A stretch of DNA of 63,721 nucleotides, counting the filler. It is 13 parts of 13 records of this genome, joined end to end, with 100 filler letters (N's around TTAATTAATTAA, not from the genome) between each part and the next. Parts side by side here need not be neighbours in the genome. Positions count along the whole stretch, not along the records: positions 60,607 to 63,721 come from SRR15195285_6616; 12 more parts are not named here. One strand, written 5' to 3'. The notes below the pieces were generated by a model. The model searched no databases and was not told where the DNA came from. It was given only the letters and a program-made list of their open reading frames with translations. Made by a program: the position numbers and the translations under genes. This document shows, piece after piece, positions 60,607 through 63,721 of the stretch; position 1 is the stretch's first letter; each line of letters starts with the position of its first letter.

Positions 60607-63600
60607 CACAGTCAGCGCAGCTGGATGAGTCGCCTTGGCACACGCCACACGAGTCTGGTTCAGCAGAACCACCCCATACACCTGTGCAGTCAAGCGTGCA
60701 GTGGTCCGTGGAGTCTGCGTTGCACGATCCGCAGTTGTCTTCTGTTGCTGGGCCGTTCGGCACACCTGCACAATCGGTACAATCGTTTGCACCACCGCAG
60801 ACTCCACAGTCGTCAATATCCGCGCTTCCGCCAGTAACACCAGCACAGTCAATTGGAAGTGCCTGTGCAGACCCTGAAGTTACGTCCAGATCTGTTGCTG
60901 CTGCAACCCCGGAGCTGAGGCTAAGAACCAAGTCGCCAAACTGTAGTCGCCGGCGGTCTCCATCCACAACTCTCAGCTCAAACGAGAACGTTACCGTAGG
61001 TGGGCCAGTACATGTGTTGCATTCATTGACGGCACAGTTTTGAATTGTGATGAATTGCTCCGCCAAAGAGAGCGAGCTTGACACAGCGGTGATAATCTCA
61101 CTTCGCAACGTATCGTCGTCACACGTGGTTTGATCGCCAGGCAGCTCGATTGGTACCCTAACGGACTGTCGACACACACCATTACCCCCACACACGCCAC
61201 AGACGTCCACTTCAGCTACCCCGCCCCATTCTCCATCACAATCGAGGGTGCATTTGTCTACCGGATCGACGCAGTTGCCGCAGTCATCTGTTACACTCCC
61301 GCCGTTCGCAACCCCTGCACAGTCAGGAACACAAGCTGATCCGTCACCTTCACAGATCCCGCACGCATCCTGTCTCGCACTTCCTCCCCAGATACCAAGG
61401 CAATCGCGTACACAATCGTTCGTGTCATCTATATCACAGACCGCGCATCTGTCAACAGTAGCGGCACCATTGGGAGTCCCTGCACAGTCTGCACATGTCG
61501 AATTGTCGCCATCACAGACACCGCAGGCATCCAGATGTTTGCCACCTTCAACGAAAAGGACGCCGTCACAACCTACGACCGGAATGACTGGTGGGGGCTC
61601 GGGAAGCTCACACCCACGACCACCATACCTAGAGCCGATGAAACCGGATAGGCAAGGTGAGCACTCAAAGTAGCCTTCAAAATTGACACACCCCGAGCTG
61701 TACTGGTGGCAGCATCCGCATGCAGCCAGCTGGGCGCCTGTGGCTGTCCGCTGATCGAAACCGAAGCAAAGCTCAAAGTCAACGGTAGACGTGTTGCATA
61801 CACCACCAATAGAAATGCTGGTGTGGTAGTCAGCAGCGCACTCGTCAATATCGACGCAAGATTGACCACCATCGGCCGTGTAGCCAGTTTTGCATTTGCA
61901 GTTGGAACGATCGATCTCACTTAGAGGCTCCGAATTTGCCCAACACTGGCCACACACAATGCCATCCGTACTGTAGAACTTGGCAGTCGCAGTGTCCTGA
62001 AGACGGCACGACTCACAGCGACTCTTGTCACTCGAAGAAGCAGTTCCAGGGCTGCATAGAACGCACTCAGCTCCTGTACTTGCCTGTCCGGCCAAGCAAG
62101 GGATGCATTGGTCTCGACTGTCATTCGGTGCCGTTCCTGCAGCACACTGGATGCAGACTGCGCCTGTGGCAGAAATGAAGCCATCACCAATGTCGCTGCA
62201 GTCCTCGCAGCTCGATCGCTCAGCGTTAGGCTGAGTTCCAGTTTCACATTCAAGGCATAAAGCGAGGCCGCCAGGCGAGTATTTGTTGTCGCCAATGAAT
62301 GCACAGCTTTCGCAGGATCCCTTGTCTGTTGATGGCTGCGTCCCAGCTCCACATGCCGAGCAACCACTGCCGTCACTGTACTCACCTGGGCCGCAATCAT
62401 CGCAACCGGAGCGATCTGCATTCGGCTGCTTGCCGTTTCCGCATGCCAGACACTGTTGACCGCCAGTCGAGTAGCCAGATGGACCAACCACGTCTGCACA
62501 GGCCTCACACGAAGCACACCCAACACCTGCAGTTCCAACAGCGTAAGCACCGTGAGCGCCATACACGCCTGTTGCTGGCACAGCATCGGGCTGCCAACTG
62601 ATCTGTGCACTATCGTCCCCGCAGTCTGGCTGTTCCCCAGGAGCACATGTCTGGCAGCTGGTTCCATCGTTGCTGTACTTGCCGAACGCACAGTCGACGC
62701 ATTGCGTTCCAGCTGTGTTCGGGGCAGTACCATCAGGGCAAGGCTCGCACCAGCCCAATGAGCCGGCCTGCCCTGGTGTCGACGTGCACGGATCACAGCC
62801 AGCGCGGATGAAACCGCCGTTTTCGTCCGGCACGACCACAGGGCCGCGACCAGCTGCACATTTGGTGCAGAACGCCTCGCCACTGGCAGCTTGGAATGGA
62901 TAGACAGTGTATGTCTGAATGCCATTGGCAGCAGTTGCTGGCTCCTCAAGGTTGCCGCAGTCCTGGCATCCAATTCCTGCGCTACCGGCCGGACAGTTCA
63001 CACAGTGTGAGCGTTCATCGTTTGGAGTTAGCCCACTACTGCAAGGAGTACAAAGTCCGTTGGACGAAGCGTCGTTTCCAGCGCACGGAACACAGCTGTC
63101 GAAAGCTTCGTTCGGCTCACTGCCAGTCGGACACGGCTCGCAAGCAAACCGGCCTGAGTTAACCACGAATGGTTGGCCACAAACTACGCACTCAATACCG
63201 AACGAGGAGTATGTGGTGCCAGTACAGTCCTCGCATGCTGACCTGTCAGTCGCTGGCTCTGATCCCACGCTGCATGCTTCGCACGCCGTTTGTTCAGCGT
63301 TCGCTACCTTTCCAGGCTCTGCGCAGGTCTCACAGGCTGCTCCCCCAGGGCTAACGGAGCCAGCAGAACATGGGGTGCAGTCCACTAGCTCGTCACACAG
63401 TGCGTTGTCGAAGTCACCGGATCCGTCCAGACACTGCGTGCCAGCTGGACATTGGAAGGGTGAAACACACGACCCTTGGTCAGACGCCACTGAGCTAGGG
63501 GCGAGGCAGTCCGCCCTGCACAATCCATCACCTTTTGAGTATGTGTTGGGAGGACAAGGCTCACACGCTGTCTGTTCAGCGTTGGCCCCTTCTCCCGGCC

Positions 63601-63721
63601 GACAATTGGAACAGGTGATGCCGTCCAGTCCGACAGTTGTACCAGGGCATGCCGAGCACCACAGCGAGTAATGCGTGTACTCGCAGCCCTCGCCGGCCGC
63701 GCACGGGTGTGTGTTGCAGTC
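60607..63721 (-). CDS. Large Cys-rich surface protein fragment (GCC2/GCC3-ephrin-like repeats, Ca-EGF, DCAG/DxCGVC repeats, RRRLQ motif); open at both ends
   Basis: C-x2-C-x2-G-x2-PN repeats; CVDIDEC; DCAGxxxGxAxxDxCGVC repeats; uninterrupted frame across the contig. Confidence 0.85.

Noticed and set aside
1-63721. Operon, PUL-like cluster or defence island linking the glycosidases, helicase and KEN receptor
   Set aside because: The genes are on separate, artificially concatenated eukaryotic contigs; there is no physical linkage evidence
1-63721. tRNA, rRNA, transposase or reverse transcriptase genes
   Set aside because: None recognised by eye; covariance-model and HMM scans were not run

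Overview
This is not one locus. It is 13 short eukaryotic contigs (about 3-7 kb each) joined by artificial 100-bp spacers (N44-TTAATTAATTAA-N44, stops in all six frames), so adjacency across spacers means nothing. The DNA is GC-rich and gene-dense with short canonical GT-AG introns, consistent with an unidentified protist (single-cell or metagenome bin; taxonomy cannot be fixed from this window). Contents: a P5A-type ATPase; six glycoside-hydrolase-like genes (GH3, GH20, tandem GH113-like, GH28, an unclassified clan GH-A enzyme, GH95-like); a Schlafen-type SF1 helicase with ankyrin-like repeats; a TPR/PH protein; an ankyrin-SH3-kinesin-14; an LRR/2OG-Fe(II) oxygenase fusion; and Cys-rich surface proteins. 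The stand-out is a spliced gene (37386-43255) encoding a WSC/beta-helix/Cys-rich ectodomain, a multipass membrane region, an IRE1-type pseudokinase and an RNase L/IRE1-type KEN ribonuclease with R-N-x3-H intact: a candidate surface-receptor-gated RNase. Non-coding oddities include a 30-bp inverted repeat at both ends of one contig, a dispersed palindromic element and a template-switch-type inverted duplication. All domain calls are by eye from motifs; no database searches were run.
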